DNA of 64,000 bases from Pyrinomonadaceae bacterium (GCA_050246275.1 JBFWWI010000001.1:1116913-1180912); one strand, 5' to 3'; shown: positions 54,010-63,846, counted from the first letter of the stretch. Numbers and translations are program-made. Notes: generated by a model from the letters alone, not told the origin.

Positions 54010-54129
54010 TCGGGCGACGATCTAATGCCTTAATGCTCGAAGGACAAATACCGTTTGCTTCTACGGGCTTGTGATCTTTTGTATCGACGTCTCGAAAACC
54101 GAGCTTGAAAAACCGATAAACTCCTGCGG

Positions 54130-54675
54130 TTACTTGATCCTCTTCATTTTCGAAAAGCCACCATCCCCTTCTACTAAGAGTGCGGAAGGAAGGGTCAAAT
54201 GGAAAACCCAGATTCTTTCAGTACCGTTTCGTACTAAATGCGGTACTGGGTTCACGATTAGCTGCGCCTTTGAGTCGCTCAAGATGTACACCGCAGTTCG
54301 CTTGCCGAAAGCCCATCTCGAGACCCCGATCGTTGCCTTGAAAGGAACCGCCGCACTTTGCAGACTCAAAAGATCGCCAATAAAGTTCGTACCTTCCTCT
54401 TGCAGGACAAACAGTTTAATTTTCTTCCGATTTCTGGCAGTTAGTAGCTGTAATAGAATCGCCTGGTCCATTGTAGACTTCATATAGACCAAGTTTCCCT
54501 CCGGCTGACCAAGAATTTTTATGGGAAGAAGATTTTCGCCCATCACAACACCTTTAGCCAATTCAGCTCTATACCCAAAAGATGCCTTGTAGGACGTGGC
54601 GAGTGCACTTTTTAATCCTTCCGTTGCTGATCCCATATTTATGCTTCCTGCATTCTTTGTTGACCGCTGAGGCAA
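54130..54675 (-). CDS. Hypothetical protein in AT-richer DNA, divergent from a CadC-like regulator
   Basis: ORF only; the start is uncertain (M1 or M14). No motif recognised. Confidence 0.4.
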   Translation of the reverse strand: MPQRSTKNAGSINMGSATEGLKSALATSYKASFGYRAELAKGVVMGENLLPIKILGQPEGNLVYMKSTMDQAILLQLLTARNRKKIKLFVLQEEGTNFIGDLLSLQSAAVPFKATIGVSRWAFGKRTAVYILSDSKAQLIVNPVPHLVRNGTERIWVFHLTLPSALLVEGDGGFSKMKRIK

Positions 54676-54823
54676 ACGTAAGAAAAGTCGCCTAAGATCT
54701 TAAAGTTGGTTTATAATTCATTCTAAAAATCCAGTAGATTATTCGGTGCATTTTAGTCTGGTATCGATTTCGCAGTCCTGAAAAAGCTGTGGAAATTTTG
54801 TGAAAGTCGCGTGAAAGGCCGTA

Positions 54824-56956
54824 ATGTCGGGCAAAGACATCGAGGTTTACAATTTTGCTGACTTTCGTCTCGACACGGGCGAGAAGTCCTTGCTTCGCGG
54901 CGCGAATCGTGTTCCGCTCACGCCAAAGGTTTACGACACGCTCGAGATCTTTGTTGAGAACGCAGGCCGATTGCTCGAAAAAGATGAATTGATGCAACGG
55001 CTTTGGCAAGGCCAATTTGTCGAAGAGAGCAATCTGACATCAAATATCAAGACCCTGCGAAAGGCTCTGGGAGATGACGCCGCGCACCCAAAGTTCGTAG
55101 AAACGGTGTCCCGCCGCGGTTACCGCTTTATCGCTGAAGTCCGCAAGGTGGCGAATAATAAAGATCCGGTCGCCGACCAGGGGCGGACAACCGCGGAACG
55201 AACAAGATTCAATAGGCCGGTATCGACCCGATCAAAGGGCCTGTTCGCGGCCATTGTGATTCTCATTGGGCTTACAGTGACTGGGGTTTATTGGATAACA
55301 AAAAAAACCGCAGACGGTGAGGCCCGAAATTCCCTTCTGCCTCACTCTTTCGTTTCGGAACCGCTCTCCACCAATGGAAAGGTCCATTTCGCGATCATCT
55401 CCCCCGACGGCAAGAATGTTTTCTATACCAACGGAATCGAAGGGCCGCAAAGTATCTGGCTGCGGCAGCTCGAATCCGCTCAGAGCGTTGAGATCATTCC
55501 GCCTTCGGACGATTTTTATTACGGACTCGCTCTTTCCCCCGATGGAAATTTCCTTTATTTCGCACGCAGCGGCCGGCCCAAACGAGATATGGGCATCTAT
55601 CGCGTCTCGATCTTTGGCGGCGTTCCGACCAAGATCATCAGCGGAAGCGAGGGCTGGATGAGCATCTCGCCCGACGGTGCCCGGATATCGTTCGTTCGCT
55701 GCCCGCTTACTGCGGATGAATTTTGTTCACTCTGGATCGCCGACGCACTTGACGGGAAAAACGAACAAAAGCTCACGTCGCGGCCCCAACCGATAAGAAT
55801 AAGCGACAATAAATTCTCGCCGGATGGCAGGACGGTGGCATTTGCGGTTGGGCAATCGCTGAACCAGGCGAACGAATTTGGCCTGTCGGAGATCGACCTT
55901 GAAAGCAAAGTCGAACGGGAGCTCACTCCAGAGACCTTCTTCGACATTAGGAGCCTGACATGGCTTCCGGATCGAAAGGGCCTGCTAATAACCGCCGCGA
56001 GAATTCCAAACAAGCGGTTTCGTATCTGGGAGATCTCCCTACCTACAGGATCGGCCAAGCCCCTGACAAGTGAGGCAGAGAACTATACTCGTTTGAGCCT
56101 GAACAATGCGGCGAACCGGTTGATCTCGACCAAGGAGAAGCAGGACTTTCGCCTGTATCTATTGAATCGAGGATCGTCAAGCGATCCACATATCCTTGGC
56201 GACGCCTCCCGAGGAGCGTTCTTCCCGAATGGTAAGATCGTGTTTGCTTCCGTAATGTCCGGCAACGAAGAGATCTGGAGCACAAACGCAGACGGGACCG
56301 GACAAAGGCAATTGACAAATGATCCGGCTGCCGATCGGGGGCCCATCGTCTCGACCGACGGCGGCCTGATCTTCTTTTCAACGAACCGCACCGGCAGTTC
56401 TCAGGTTTGGCGGATGAATGCCGATGGAACCGACCAAACGCAGGTCACGCTAAAAGAAGGTGGATCACCAATATTCCTGTCTCCGGATGGACAATGGATC
56501 TATTATCACCACGGCGTTGATCGAACGCTCTGGCGCGCTTTGGCAAAAGGCGGCGGTGAGGAAATGGTTTTCAACAGGCGAGCGATCTCATATGCCGTTT
56601 CGCCGGACGGCAAGCAGATCGCCTTCGCCGAACGTGATGTCTCCGGCCGGCTCATAACCGTTGCCTCACTGAACAACGGACATATTGTCAGATCCTTCAG
56701 AGTTGGGTTCAACGAGTCGTCAGGTAATGACCTCTTATGGATGCCCGACGGCATGGCCCTGATATACGTCGACCCGACGAACGGCGGCGAAAATACTCTC
56801 ATGTCCCGGCCGATAGATGGCGAAGCTCCGCTGCGAATTGCGGACCTCGGAAAAGAAGAGATCAATTCGGTCGCCGTCGCACCCGATGGAAGGCAGTTTG
56901 CGATCGTTCAGGGCGGATGGAAACACGATGCAGTGCTGTTGCGGGGAACGAACTAA
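54824..56956 (+). CDS. CadC-like transcriptional regulator: N-terminal winged-helix (OmpR/PhoB-type), one TM segment, TolB-like beta-propeller (PD40 repeats)
   Basis: YNFADFRLDTGEKSLLRG...LTPKVYDTLEIFV...RRGYRFIA; TM FAAIVILIGLTVTGVYWI; repeated SPDG/FSPDG propeller motifs. Confidence 0.8.
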   Translation: MSGKDIEVYNFADFRLDTGEKSLLRGANRVPLTPKVYDTLEIFVENAGRLLEKDELMQRLWQGQFVEESNLTSNIKTLRKALGDDAAHPKFVETVSRRGYRFIAEVRKVANNKDPVADQGRTTAERTRFNRPVSTRSKGLFAAIVILIGLTVTGVYWITKKTADGEARNSLLPHSFVSEPLSTNGKVHFAIISPDGKNVFYTNGIEGPQSIWLRQLESAQSVEIIPPSDDFYYGLALSPDGNFLYFARSGRPKRDMGIYRVSIFGGVPTKIISGSEGWMSISPDGARISFVRCPLTADEFCSLWIADALDGKNEQKLTSRPQPIRISDNKFSPDGRTVAFAVGQSLNQANEFGLSEIDLESKVERELTPETFFDIRSLTWLPDRKGLLITAARIPNKRFRIWEISLPTGSAKPLTSEAENYTRLSLNNAANRLISTKEKQDFRLYLLNRGSSSDPHILGDASRGAFFPNGKIVFASVMSGNEEIWSTNADGTGQRQLTNDPAADRGPIVSTDGGLIFFSTNRTGSSQVWRMNADGTDQTQVTLKEGGSPIFLSPDGQWIYYHHGVDRTLWRALAKGGGEEMVFNRRAISYAVSPDGKQIAFAERDVSGRLITVASLNNGHIVRSFRVGFNESSGNDLLWMPDGMALIYVDPTNGGENTLMSRPIDGEAPLRIADLGKEEINSVAVAPDGRQFAIVQGGWKHDAVLLRGTN

Positions 56957-57040
56957 CGGCTGCATTTCGCCGCCTCGGGGACCTGGGCCGGCGTCTCCGC
57001 GAGATCGAGAAACACTTTCGCGACCCGGCTCCATAAGAAA

Positions 57041-57064
57041 GGCCCGCAGAGGTGTCTGCGAGCC
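57041..57064. terminator. Hairpin between convergent genes
   Basis: GGCCCGCAGA-ggtg-TCTGCGAGCC (one mismatch). Confidence 0.45.
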
Positions 57065-57085
57065 CTTCGACCTCTTTCCTTTGCA

Positions 57086-57634
57086 CTAATTGACCGATCG
57101 GAAGAAGTTGTACGTGGCAGTATAGGGTATTCTCGCCTCGGCCCCGATCTCGGTTCCCGGGACGCACGGAGGCTGGCCGCCGCTGGTATTCACTCGCTGA
57201 ATAAAGCTAACGTCTGAAAATATCCCATGGCCTTCGGTGGCTGCTCCTTCGAGCAAAAGCCAAGGGACGGCAGTCGGGTCCTGAACGCAGCTTGCGACCT
57301 TTCGGCCTAAGACTCGGCTTCCGGTAGAACTTTCCCACACCGGACCGGCGTAATGTTTGCCGATCTTCAGTAAGAACTTAGAGTTCGGATAGAGATTGGC
57401 GTCCGGGGCGACAAAGTCCCAGGTCACGCCATTCCATCTATAAACTTGAACCCCGATCGCGTACACCCGGGTCGTGAGCCGATTTCCAGAGGGGACGGCG
57501 ATCTCCGCACATTCCTGCGGAATGATACCTTCTCCTGCATTCGAGGTTTGACCGAAGGCTGGCGACGCCCCGACGACAGCGCAAAGCAGGAGCGTGAAAA
57601 TGGCAAAATAGGATCTGTTCTTAATTATCTTCAT
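57086..57634 (-). CDS. Secreted DUF3455-like protein
   Basis: Signal peptide FAIFTLLLCAVVGASPAFGQ. YAIGVQVYRW...GKHYAGPVWES..GS.V.G...VPWLLL... matches my recollection of the DUF3455 pattern. Confidence 0.55.
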   Translation of the reverse strand: MKIIKNRSYFAIFTLLLCAVVGASPAFGQTSNAGEGIIPQECAEIAVPSGNRLTTRVYAIGVQVYRWNGVTWDFVAPDANLYPNSKFLLKIGKHYAGPVWESSTGSRVLGRKVASCVQDPTAVPWLLLEGAATEGHGIFSDVSFIQRVNTSGGQPPCVPGTEIGAEARIPYTATYNFFRSVN

Positions 57635-57951
57635 TGTCTTGTTTCCTTGTGTTGTGTTGTGTTTTGTTTTGTCTTAATTGCCGGCCCATCCCATTTAGGA
57701 ATAGGCCGTGAATAATAACCGCCTGCCACAGGGAGGCATCAGGTCAAGATGAGCGGGTCTCCGCAGAGCCTCCGACGATTCGACGGAAAAAATGTGTTTC
57801 ATTTTGTTGTCTATCTCCTTTGATCGATCGTGATCTGCCGCGCACGTCAGCTCGCCAGGTTGAAGAACTCAGGCCGTGAGCTTCCGATCGCGGTATAGAA
57901 AACTGTCATTTCTGGCTGTCGTATCGCCGCCAGGATCCTCGTCTTGCCGAC

Positions 57952-58353
57952 CTAGATGTCAGCCATCCGAACGACCCGCAGCTCCAAGGTGAATGCGGCC
58001 GTTCTGCCGGTAGTTGATCCGACAAATATCTCCACGTCCCCGCTTTCTTCGAGGCCGATCTCGTAGTGGCCGCCGCTCTCCTCCCGCAGCAGGACCATTT
58101 GCCCGAATCGACCTGAGGTTTCGACCCTTACACCAACAGTCTTTACTGGCGATAGATCCAGTACGAGTTTTTGGCCGGAGCGTGCGCGAAGCACGTACCT
58201 GACACCGTTATTGCCGGTTGTTCCTCTGACCACCGCCGAACTCTTTCCCTTGGCAAACTGGATGCGTTTTACGGTCTGGGCTGCGGAAGGCAGCGAATTG
58301 CCCGCGATGAGAGCGATCACCAGTATCAAATTTATCAATGTTCTAATTTTCAT
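57952..58353 (-). CDS. Small secreted hypothetical protein
   Basis: The ATG at 58353 gives the signal peptide MKIRTLINLILVIALIAGNSLPSAAQ. Beta-rich. Confidence 0.55.
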   Translation of the reverse strand: MKIRTLINLILVIALIAGNSLPSAAQTVKRIQFAKGKSSAVVRGTTGNNGVRYVLRARSGQKLVLDLSPVKTVGVRVETSGRFGQMVLLREESGGHYEIGLEESGDVEIFVGSTTGRTAAFTLELRVVRMADI

Positions 58354-58386
58354 CGTTTTGAACTTCCCCACTGTCGTTTCCCCCAC

Positions 58387-58812
58387 TTATGAGAGGTCCT
58401 CGACAAAAAACTCCTTATAGCTCACCTCGACGTGCTGTTGGCCGTTCTTGTGCCGGATCCGGATCACCTTCACGCCATCAAAGTTCAGCAGGTACCGGGC
58501 CGGATAGGCCTCCTCTGTCCTGAGCATCACGTGAACGCGAATATGCAGAGTGGCGCCGCGAAATTTAGAGGCGAATATCGTCTTTTCCTTGGCGGTCGGC
58601 TTCCATGCGAAGAACATCGGCTTCGATTTGTCCGGCATGCCTTTTGTCATCGCCTGAAATTCTGAGAACACAGCAATACGGGCCCCCTCCTGCGGACCTT
58701 CCGCATCTGTCAACTCCCTTCCCGGCCAAACGCCGATGGTCTTGACATCAAAGCCCGCATCCCCGCCTCCCTTTCTCATATTGAGCACGTATGCTCCGAT
58801 CTTGTATCCCAT
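58387..58812 (-). CDS. Hypothetical protein (141 aa, no signal peptide)
   Basis: ORF packed 29 nt after the upstream gene and 33 nt before the downstream gene. No motif recognised. Confidence 0.5.
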   Translation of the reverse strand: MGYKIGAYVLNMRKGGGDAGFDVKTIGVWPGRELTDAEGPQEGARIAVFSEFQAMTKGMPDKSKPMFFAWKPTAKEKTIFASKFRGATLHIRVHVMLRTEEAYPARYLLNFDGVKVIRIRHKNGQQHVEVSYKEFFVEDLS

Positions 58813-58841
58813 TCGTAATCTCCTTAGTTAGTTCTTCCTCG

Positions 58842-60050
58842 TTACTCGACACCGAATCCGCTGATCGGATTCGAATAGAACGACTCGGTCTTCCACGCCA
58901 CGCCATTCCACTTTTCGTCCGGTGCGGTCACTTTTACGGGCACGACGAATGTGTGATACGGAATGAAGACCTGATCAGCAAAGGCTGGTTTGACAAAGCG
59001 CCCGTCGCTGCCGACGGTGAATTCGAGCTCACGGATCTGAACGCCCTTGTTGAAGATCTTTACCGTGTAAACGCCGGGGTTTTTGTCCACATAAAAGGCA
59101 TTCGGAAAGTTGTCGCGGTTGAACGTTCCGTTATTGTCGAAAAGTACGTCTCGCCACTGGAACTGCCAGCGTTTCCACCGGTTAAGCGGTGCAAACGCCG
59201 CCGACATATCGGTCGTCCGCTCGTCGTAGTCCGACGCTCCGCCGGCTTCTTTCGTCGAGCCGATCTGCTTGCCCTTGTAAAAGATACGGCCGTCCAGATC
59301 TGCTGCGTCCGGCGATCCCTTGATCCAAACACTCACGAGGGGAGGCATGCCGCCGACCTCGTCAATGCTGAGGTGAAAGCCGATCGTTCCGTACGGCATA
59401 AGCCAATCGTGGTCGACAAAGAATTCGAACTTGTTCTTATCGGGGCCGCCATTCGCGGTGCTGAACTTCCCGACTTTGAACTTGCCCTGATAGAGCAATT
59501 CCTTCGTATCGTCATTGGTGATCTTGAAGGCGAAGATTCCCGTTGCGGCGGTCGACTTGGTGTCTAAGATCCCGCCGTAAGGGCTTGGACTCTGGTAGAG
59601 TACCGTCCGATCGGCATTCCGGCCGCTGGATTCCAGCTTTTCGCTGTACCATGACGACCCATCCGGGTTGAAGTACTCGACGGTATAGTTCAGCGGTTTC
59701 TCGTTGTTATAGAACTGATTGAACCGGATCATCGGTACCCAGCTCGAATAGTTTCGCTGGCCCTTCATTTTCCAGTATTCGTTATGGCTCTTTGCCTGTA
59801 CGTAGATCGTGCTTTTGATGAGCTGCGGCGTTCCGGTCGGCCGCATTGGGCCATATATGACCTTGGACCCGCTATTAACTCCGGTCGTCCCATCGGTCTT
59901 CGATGTGTCGACACCGTTTCGGCTGGAGTCGGGCTTTGGTTTGCCGATCTTCGGGATCTTCGGAATGTTGATCGTGATCTGCGAGAATACGGTGCGGCTG
60001 ACCGCGAAGTGGACCAGCGTGAGCATGATAATTACAATTAGTTTTTCCAT
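58842..60050 (-). CDS. Secreted hypothetical protein (402 aa)
   Basis: Signal peptide MEKLIVIIMLTLVHFAVSRTVFSQ. Beta-rich and Trp/Tyr-rich. No motif recognised. Confidence 0.6.
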   Translation of the reverse strand: MEKLIVIIMLTLVHFAVSRTVFSQITINIPKIPKIGKPKPDSSRNGVDTSKTDGTTGVNSGSKVIYGPMRPTGTPQLIKSTIYVQAKSHNEYWKMKGQRNYSSWVPMIRFNQFYNNEKPLNYTVEYFNPDGSSWYSEKLESSGRNADRTVLYQSPSPYGGILDTKSTAATGIFAFKITNDDTKELLYQGKFKVGKFSTANGGPDKNKFEFFVDHDWLMPYGTIGFHLSIDEVGGMPPLVSVWIKGSPDAADLDGRIFYKGKQIGSTKEAGGASDYDERTTDMSAAFAPLNRWKRWQFQWRDVLFDNNGTFNRDNFPNAFYVDKNPGVYTVKIFNKGVQIRELEFTVGSDGRFVKPAFADQVFIPYHTFVVPVKVTAPDEKWNGVAWKTESFYSNPISGFGVE

Positions 60051-60151
60051 TTGTATGATCTCTCCTAACTTGTTTGTTTTTTCCCTTGCCGCCTAATGCG
60101 GAAAATGGGTGAAGCCGGGCTCAAGACTGTCACCCGGGCTTTTTGATCGTT

Positions 60152-60604
60152 TTATGTGAGCCAGGGAGCCAGCAGCGGTTCGATCTTGATAAGGCCCTGG
60201 ACGTAATTCGGCTCGGGAGCAAAAAGCGCGGCGTCCGACGCAAAGTAGTGCATCAGCGTGATCGTCATCACCCGTTTCTCACCCGGCGTTATGCTTCGTC
60301 CCGCGTAGGAAGCGGGATGGATCAGGCCGTCGGGATTTCGCAGGTGTTTTGCGTTTGTGATCTGGAACTTCCAGATCGCGCGTTGGGTCTTTGCGTCACA
60401 GATCCCGGTGATCTTTGGAAGCTCGGACATTGGAATTCCCAGTTTGAAGTTGTTCTTTCCCTGCGATGCTCCGATATACCGAAGCATAGTTTGAATCAGC
60501 ATCACGTCCGCCGTTCCGTTATCGCCCCCGACACCTACTGTGAAATGCAGGTTGACTGCGGGCTCCTTCCATTTTCCGATCGTTATCGTCTCCACTTTTG
60601 GCAT
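60152..60604 (-). CDS. Hypothetical protein with a peptidoglycan-binding-like (PG_binding_1-type) motif
   Basis: The ATG at 60604 is preceded by GAGGTGA. DVMLIQTMLRYIG...ITGICDAKTQRAIWKFQ resembles the dV..lQ..L..lG...DG.fG..T..Av..FQ pattern. Confidence 0.5.
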   Translation of the reverse strand: MPKVETITIGKWKEPAVNLHFTVGVGGDNGTADVMLIQTMLRYIGASQGKNNFKLGIPMSELPKITGICDAKTQRAIWKFQITNAKHLRNPDGLIHPASYAGRSITPGEKRVMTITLMHYFASDAALFAPEPNYVQGLIKIEPLLAPWLT

Positions 60605-60769
60605 AATTTCTCTCACCTCGTGTTTTTCGGCTTTGCCCCAGATCATTTCTGATGCAGCCGCAAGACCCGGTACTTTCGGGCACACTTTTACAATCGTTTT
60701 TTATGTCCGTTTCTGTCCTTAGATCGCGTTTAGATTTGTGATTAGAAAGTTATTAGAACGCCTAAGTAG

Positions 60770-62878
60770 TTGGGGGACAGGAAGTTGCTTTCATTTGGAG
60801 AATTCACTCTCTGCGCGAACGAAAACGCCCTGCATCGTAATGGGCAGCCGATCGCACTTACGCCGAAAATGTTCGAGATCCTTTTGGTACTGGTGAAGAA
60901 CCATGGCCGGGTCGTCCAAAAGGAGACACTTCTTCGCGAGGTTTGGCCCGATAGCTTCGTCGAAGAAGGCAATATCACCTTTAACGTGAGGCAAATACGG
61001 AAAGCACTCGGCGACGACGCACAATCGCCCTTGTATATCGAGACCATTCCACGCCGCGGCTACCGTTTTATAGCCGACGTCACCGACCTTTCGCCGCTGC
61101 AGTCAGAACCGGTGCCTGCGCACTCACCGTCAAGAAAACGCCACTGGTACCCGGTCGCGGTGCTGACGGCATTGCTCGTACTGGGAATTTCATTGATCGA
61201 AGCCTTGACGGGAACTGTTTCCGGCCGAACGGCAGCACCGATATTATCAATGCCATTTTCGTCCGAGAGTCTTTCTACCGACGGTGCGGTTTATCATACC
61301 GTGATCTCGCCCGACGGAAAGAACCTAATACTCATCCACCGGAGGGCCGGAAAGGAGAGTATTTGGTTGAGGCAGCTTGAGACCTCCCAGAACATCCAGA
61401 TCGTTCCGCCGTCGGATAACTTCTACGGCGGACTGGCCGTATCTCCTGATGGCAACTTTATCTATTTTGCACGCGGGCAAAGGATCGTACCGCGACTCGA
61501 CGTCTTCAGAATGCCGATCCACGGCGGGGTTCCGCAAAAGGTCCTCGAAGGAACCCAGGGCTGGATCAGCCTTTCTCCCGACAGCAAGAGGATCTCATTC
61601 GTTCGCTGCCCGTATACGATAAGTGACCATTGTTCACTCTTTACGGCGGATGCGGCAGACGGCGGGAATGAGAAAAAAATACTGACCCGCCCGCGGCCCA
61701 TTCGGATCGGTGACAACAGCTTTTCTCCGGACGGCCGACAGATCGCTTTCGCGGTAGGCCAGTCGCGAACCTCGTCCAACGAATTCCGGCTCATCTCCGT
61801 GGACATCGAGACCGGCGCTGAACGTGAATTGACCTCTCAAAAGTTTTTTAACATCCGATACCTGACGTGGCTACCGGACGGGAGCGGACTGTTGGTTTCG
61901 GCGTTGGTCCTTCCGGACAGGATCTATCGAATATGGCGGATCTCGCCAGCGGGCGGCGAGGCCGCGATGCTCACATCCGACGCCGTTTCGTATGCACGGA
62001 TCAACCTTGATGCCCGCGGCCGCCTCCTTGTATCGACCAAGATCGAGCCGGATTTTCGCCTGATCCGCTACTCGACGGACGATGCGGCTGCCGGCGGAAA
62101 ACCCTTGGTCGATGCGTCACATGTGGCATTCGCACCGAACGGCCGGATAATAATCTCTTCGTCGATGACCGGAAATTCGGATATCTGGAGCATCGATGCG
62201 AGCGGCGGCGATCAGCAACAGCTGACGAACGACCCGCGGAATGACACGGCACCGATAGTTTCCCCGGACGGTAGATACATCTTTTTTCAATCCGACCGCT
62301 CAGGGCAGTTTCAGATCTGGCGGATGAACTTTGACGGTTCAGAACAGAAACAGGTCACAACACAAGAAGGCGGCCCTCCGCTGCAGGCTTCGCCCGACGG
62401 CAAATGGCTCTACTATCGCTCCTGCTTTCACGGTTCTCTTCGGCGGGTTTCGCTGATCGACGGGAGTGAGGAATTGGTACTCGAAGAGCCGGGAAAGAGC
62501 ATCGCCATTTCGCCGGATACTCTGCGTGCCGCCGTTTCCGACAGAATCAACGGATCGACCGAGCTTAGGATCATATCTCTGGAAAGCAAACGAACTATTA
62601 GTAAACTCGTGATCCCCGACACGACCGCACATCTCGCCCATCTGGCGTGGGCAGCCGACGGCAGGAATATTGCCTACGTGCTTGCAGACGACAGGTGGGA
62701 AAACGGAAGACTTTGGTTCCAGGATCCCGGCGGTGGTCCCGCAAGATCTATAGCCGACCTCAGTCCGGGTGAAAAAGCTGAGATCGCGACATTCGCCTTA
62801 GCCCCCGACGGAAAGTCCTTTGGGGCAGTGAAAGGAAAATGGAAACATGACGCCGTTTTGATCAGGGGGTTGAAATAA
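60770..62878 (+). CDS. Second CadC-like winged-helix/TM/TolB-propeller regulator (paralogue of 54824-56956)
   Basis: TTG start. FGEFTLCANENALHRNG..LTPKMFEILLVLV...RRGYRFIA; one TM segment; long blocks nearly colinear with the first copy (e.g. SIWLRQLE, SPDGNF(L/I)YFAR, ISFVRCP, FSPDGR..AFAVGQS, KHDAVL(L/I)RG). Confidence 0.8.
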   Translation: MGDRKLLSFGEFTLCANENALHRNGQPIALTPKMFEILLVLVKNHGRVVQKETLLREVWPDSFVEEGNITFNVRQIRKALGDDAQSPLYIETIPRRGYRFIADVTDLSPLQSEPVPAHSPSRKRHWYPVAVLTALLVLGISLIEALTGTVSGRTAAPILSMPFSSESLSTDGAVYHTVISPDGKNLILIHRRAGKESIWLRQLETSQNIQIVPPSDNFYGGLAVSPDGNFIYFARGQRIVPRLDVFRMPIHGGVPQKVLEGTQGWISLSPDSKRISFVRCPYTISDHCSLFTADAADGGNEKKILTRPRPIRIGDNSFSPDGRQIAFAVGQSRTSSNEFRLISVDIETGAERELTSQKFFNIRYLTWLPDGSGLLVSALVLPDRIYRIWRISPAGGEAAMLTSDAVSYARINLDARGRLLVSTKIEPDFRLIRYSTDDAAAGGKPLVDASHVAFAPNGRIIISSSMTGNSDIWSIDASGGDQQQLTNDPRNDTAPIVSPDGRYIFFQSDRSGQFQIWRMNFDGSEQKQVTTQEGGPPLQASPDGKWLYYRSCFHGSLRRVSLIDGSEELVLEEPGKSIAISPDTLRAAVSDRINGSTELRIISLESKRTISKLVIPDTTAHLAHLAWAADGRNIAYVLADDRWENGRLWFQDPGGGPARSIADLSPGEKAEIATFALAPDGKSFGAVKGKWKHDAVLIRGLK

Positions 62879-62890
62879 AACCGGCCGGCG

Positions 62891-63370
62891 GTGGGTTATA
62901 CTCTAGAAATGGAGACTGTATCAGAAAGGCTTTCGGAATCGGGCTATGATATAACGCCGCTGGACAAAGAGACCGTCGAACGGCTGGCCCGGGGTCTGAA
63001 CGAAGAAGAATATCGGGTCCTGCTAGATCACGGCACGGAAGCTCCCTTTTGCGGGACTTTGCTGGACAACAAACTTGACGGGACGTATGCGTGCCGCCTT
63101 TGCGGGCTGCCGCTTTTCACGTCAAAGCACAAGTTCAACTCGGGAACCGGGTGGCCTTCGTTCTACGCACCGTTCGACAAAGGCCATCTGGTCAATATCG
63201 AGGACAATAGCTATGGAATGCGGCGCATCGAGATCCGGTGCGCCCGGTGCGGCGGCCATCAGGGCCACGTCTTTCCGGACGGCCCGCCGCCGACCGGCCA
63301 GCGTTATTGCCTCAACTCCGCCTCGCTCGAGTTTTTTGAAGAAGGCAAAGATATCCCGCAAAAGAATTAA
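62891..63370 (+). CDS. msrB: Peptide-methionine (R)-S-oxide reductase
   Basis: CRLCGLPLF, GTGWPSF, CARCGGHQGHVFPDGP...RYCLNS (two CxxC pairs plus the catalytic Cys). The start may instead be the ATG at 62909. Confidence 0.85.
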   Translation: MGYTLEMETVSERLSESGYDITPLDKETVERLARGLNEEEYRVLLDHGTEAPFCGTLLDNKLDGTYACRLCGLPLFTSKHKFNSGTGWPSFYAPFDKGHLVNIEDNSYGMRRIEIRCARCGGHQGHVFPDGPPPTGQRYCLNSASLEFFEEGKDIPQKN

Positions 63371-63846
63371 CGGTCGACGTATCCGCGAAATAGGTTGGGA
63401 TCGTCAAAAACCGGGTGCTTCATCGCCGCCCGCTTATCCATCAGGTTATTCATTGCCGAGGCCAGTTCGGCGATCTTTTTTCTGGTGTGGCCGGGATTTA
63501 ACATCCCGGTCATCGTCAGATCCGTCTCAACGAGGCTGACGACCCATGCGTCCAGCGTGATCAAATTTTCGGTAAATCTTGAGGTATTGAGCCCGTTGGC
63601 CTTACCATGCCGGTCGTGCATCGCGCTCCTGCAGATGCCCTCCATTACCGCGAGGGCATTCTGGATGTGGACGATCTCCTTTTTGGCTTCGCCGATCTCG
63701 CCCAAAAGGGATCTGAAAATTCCGGTCAGGGCCGCGCTTACTCCGCTTTCGCTGATCTCGCCCCGCTCGAGCATCATCAACAATCCGCGAAAAGACCCTT
63801 CTCTCATGAGAACGTCGATCTGATTTTGAGTTAGTCCGGGCATCAT
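63367..63846 (-). CDS. Hypothetical helical protein (159 aa)
   Basis: ORF only, overlapping the msrB stop by 4 nt (convergent). No motif recognised. Confidence 0.45.
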   Translation of the reverse strand: MMPGLTQNQIDVLMREGSFRGLLMMLERGEISESGVSAALTGIFRSLLGEIGEAKKEIVHIQNALAVMEGICRSAMHDRHGKANGLNTSRFTENLITLDAWVVSLVETDLTMTGMLNPGHTRKKIAELASAMNNLMDKRAAMKHPVFDDPNLFRGYVDR

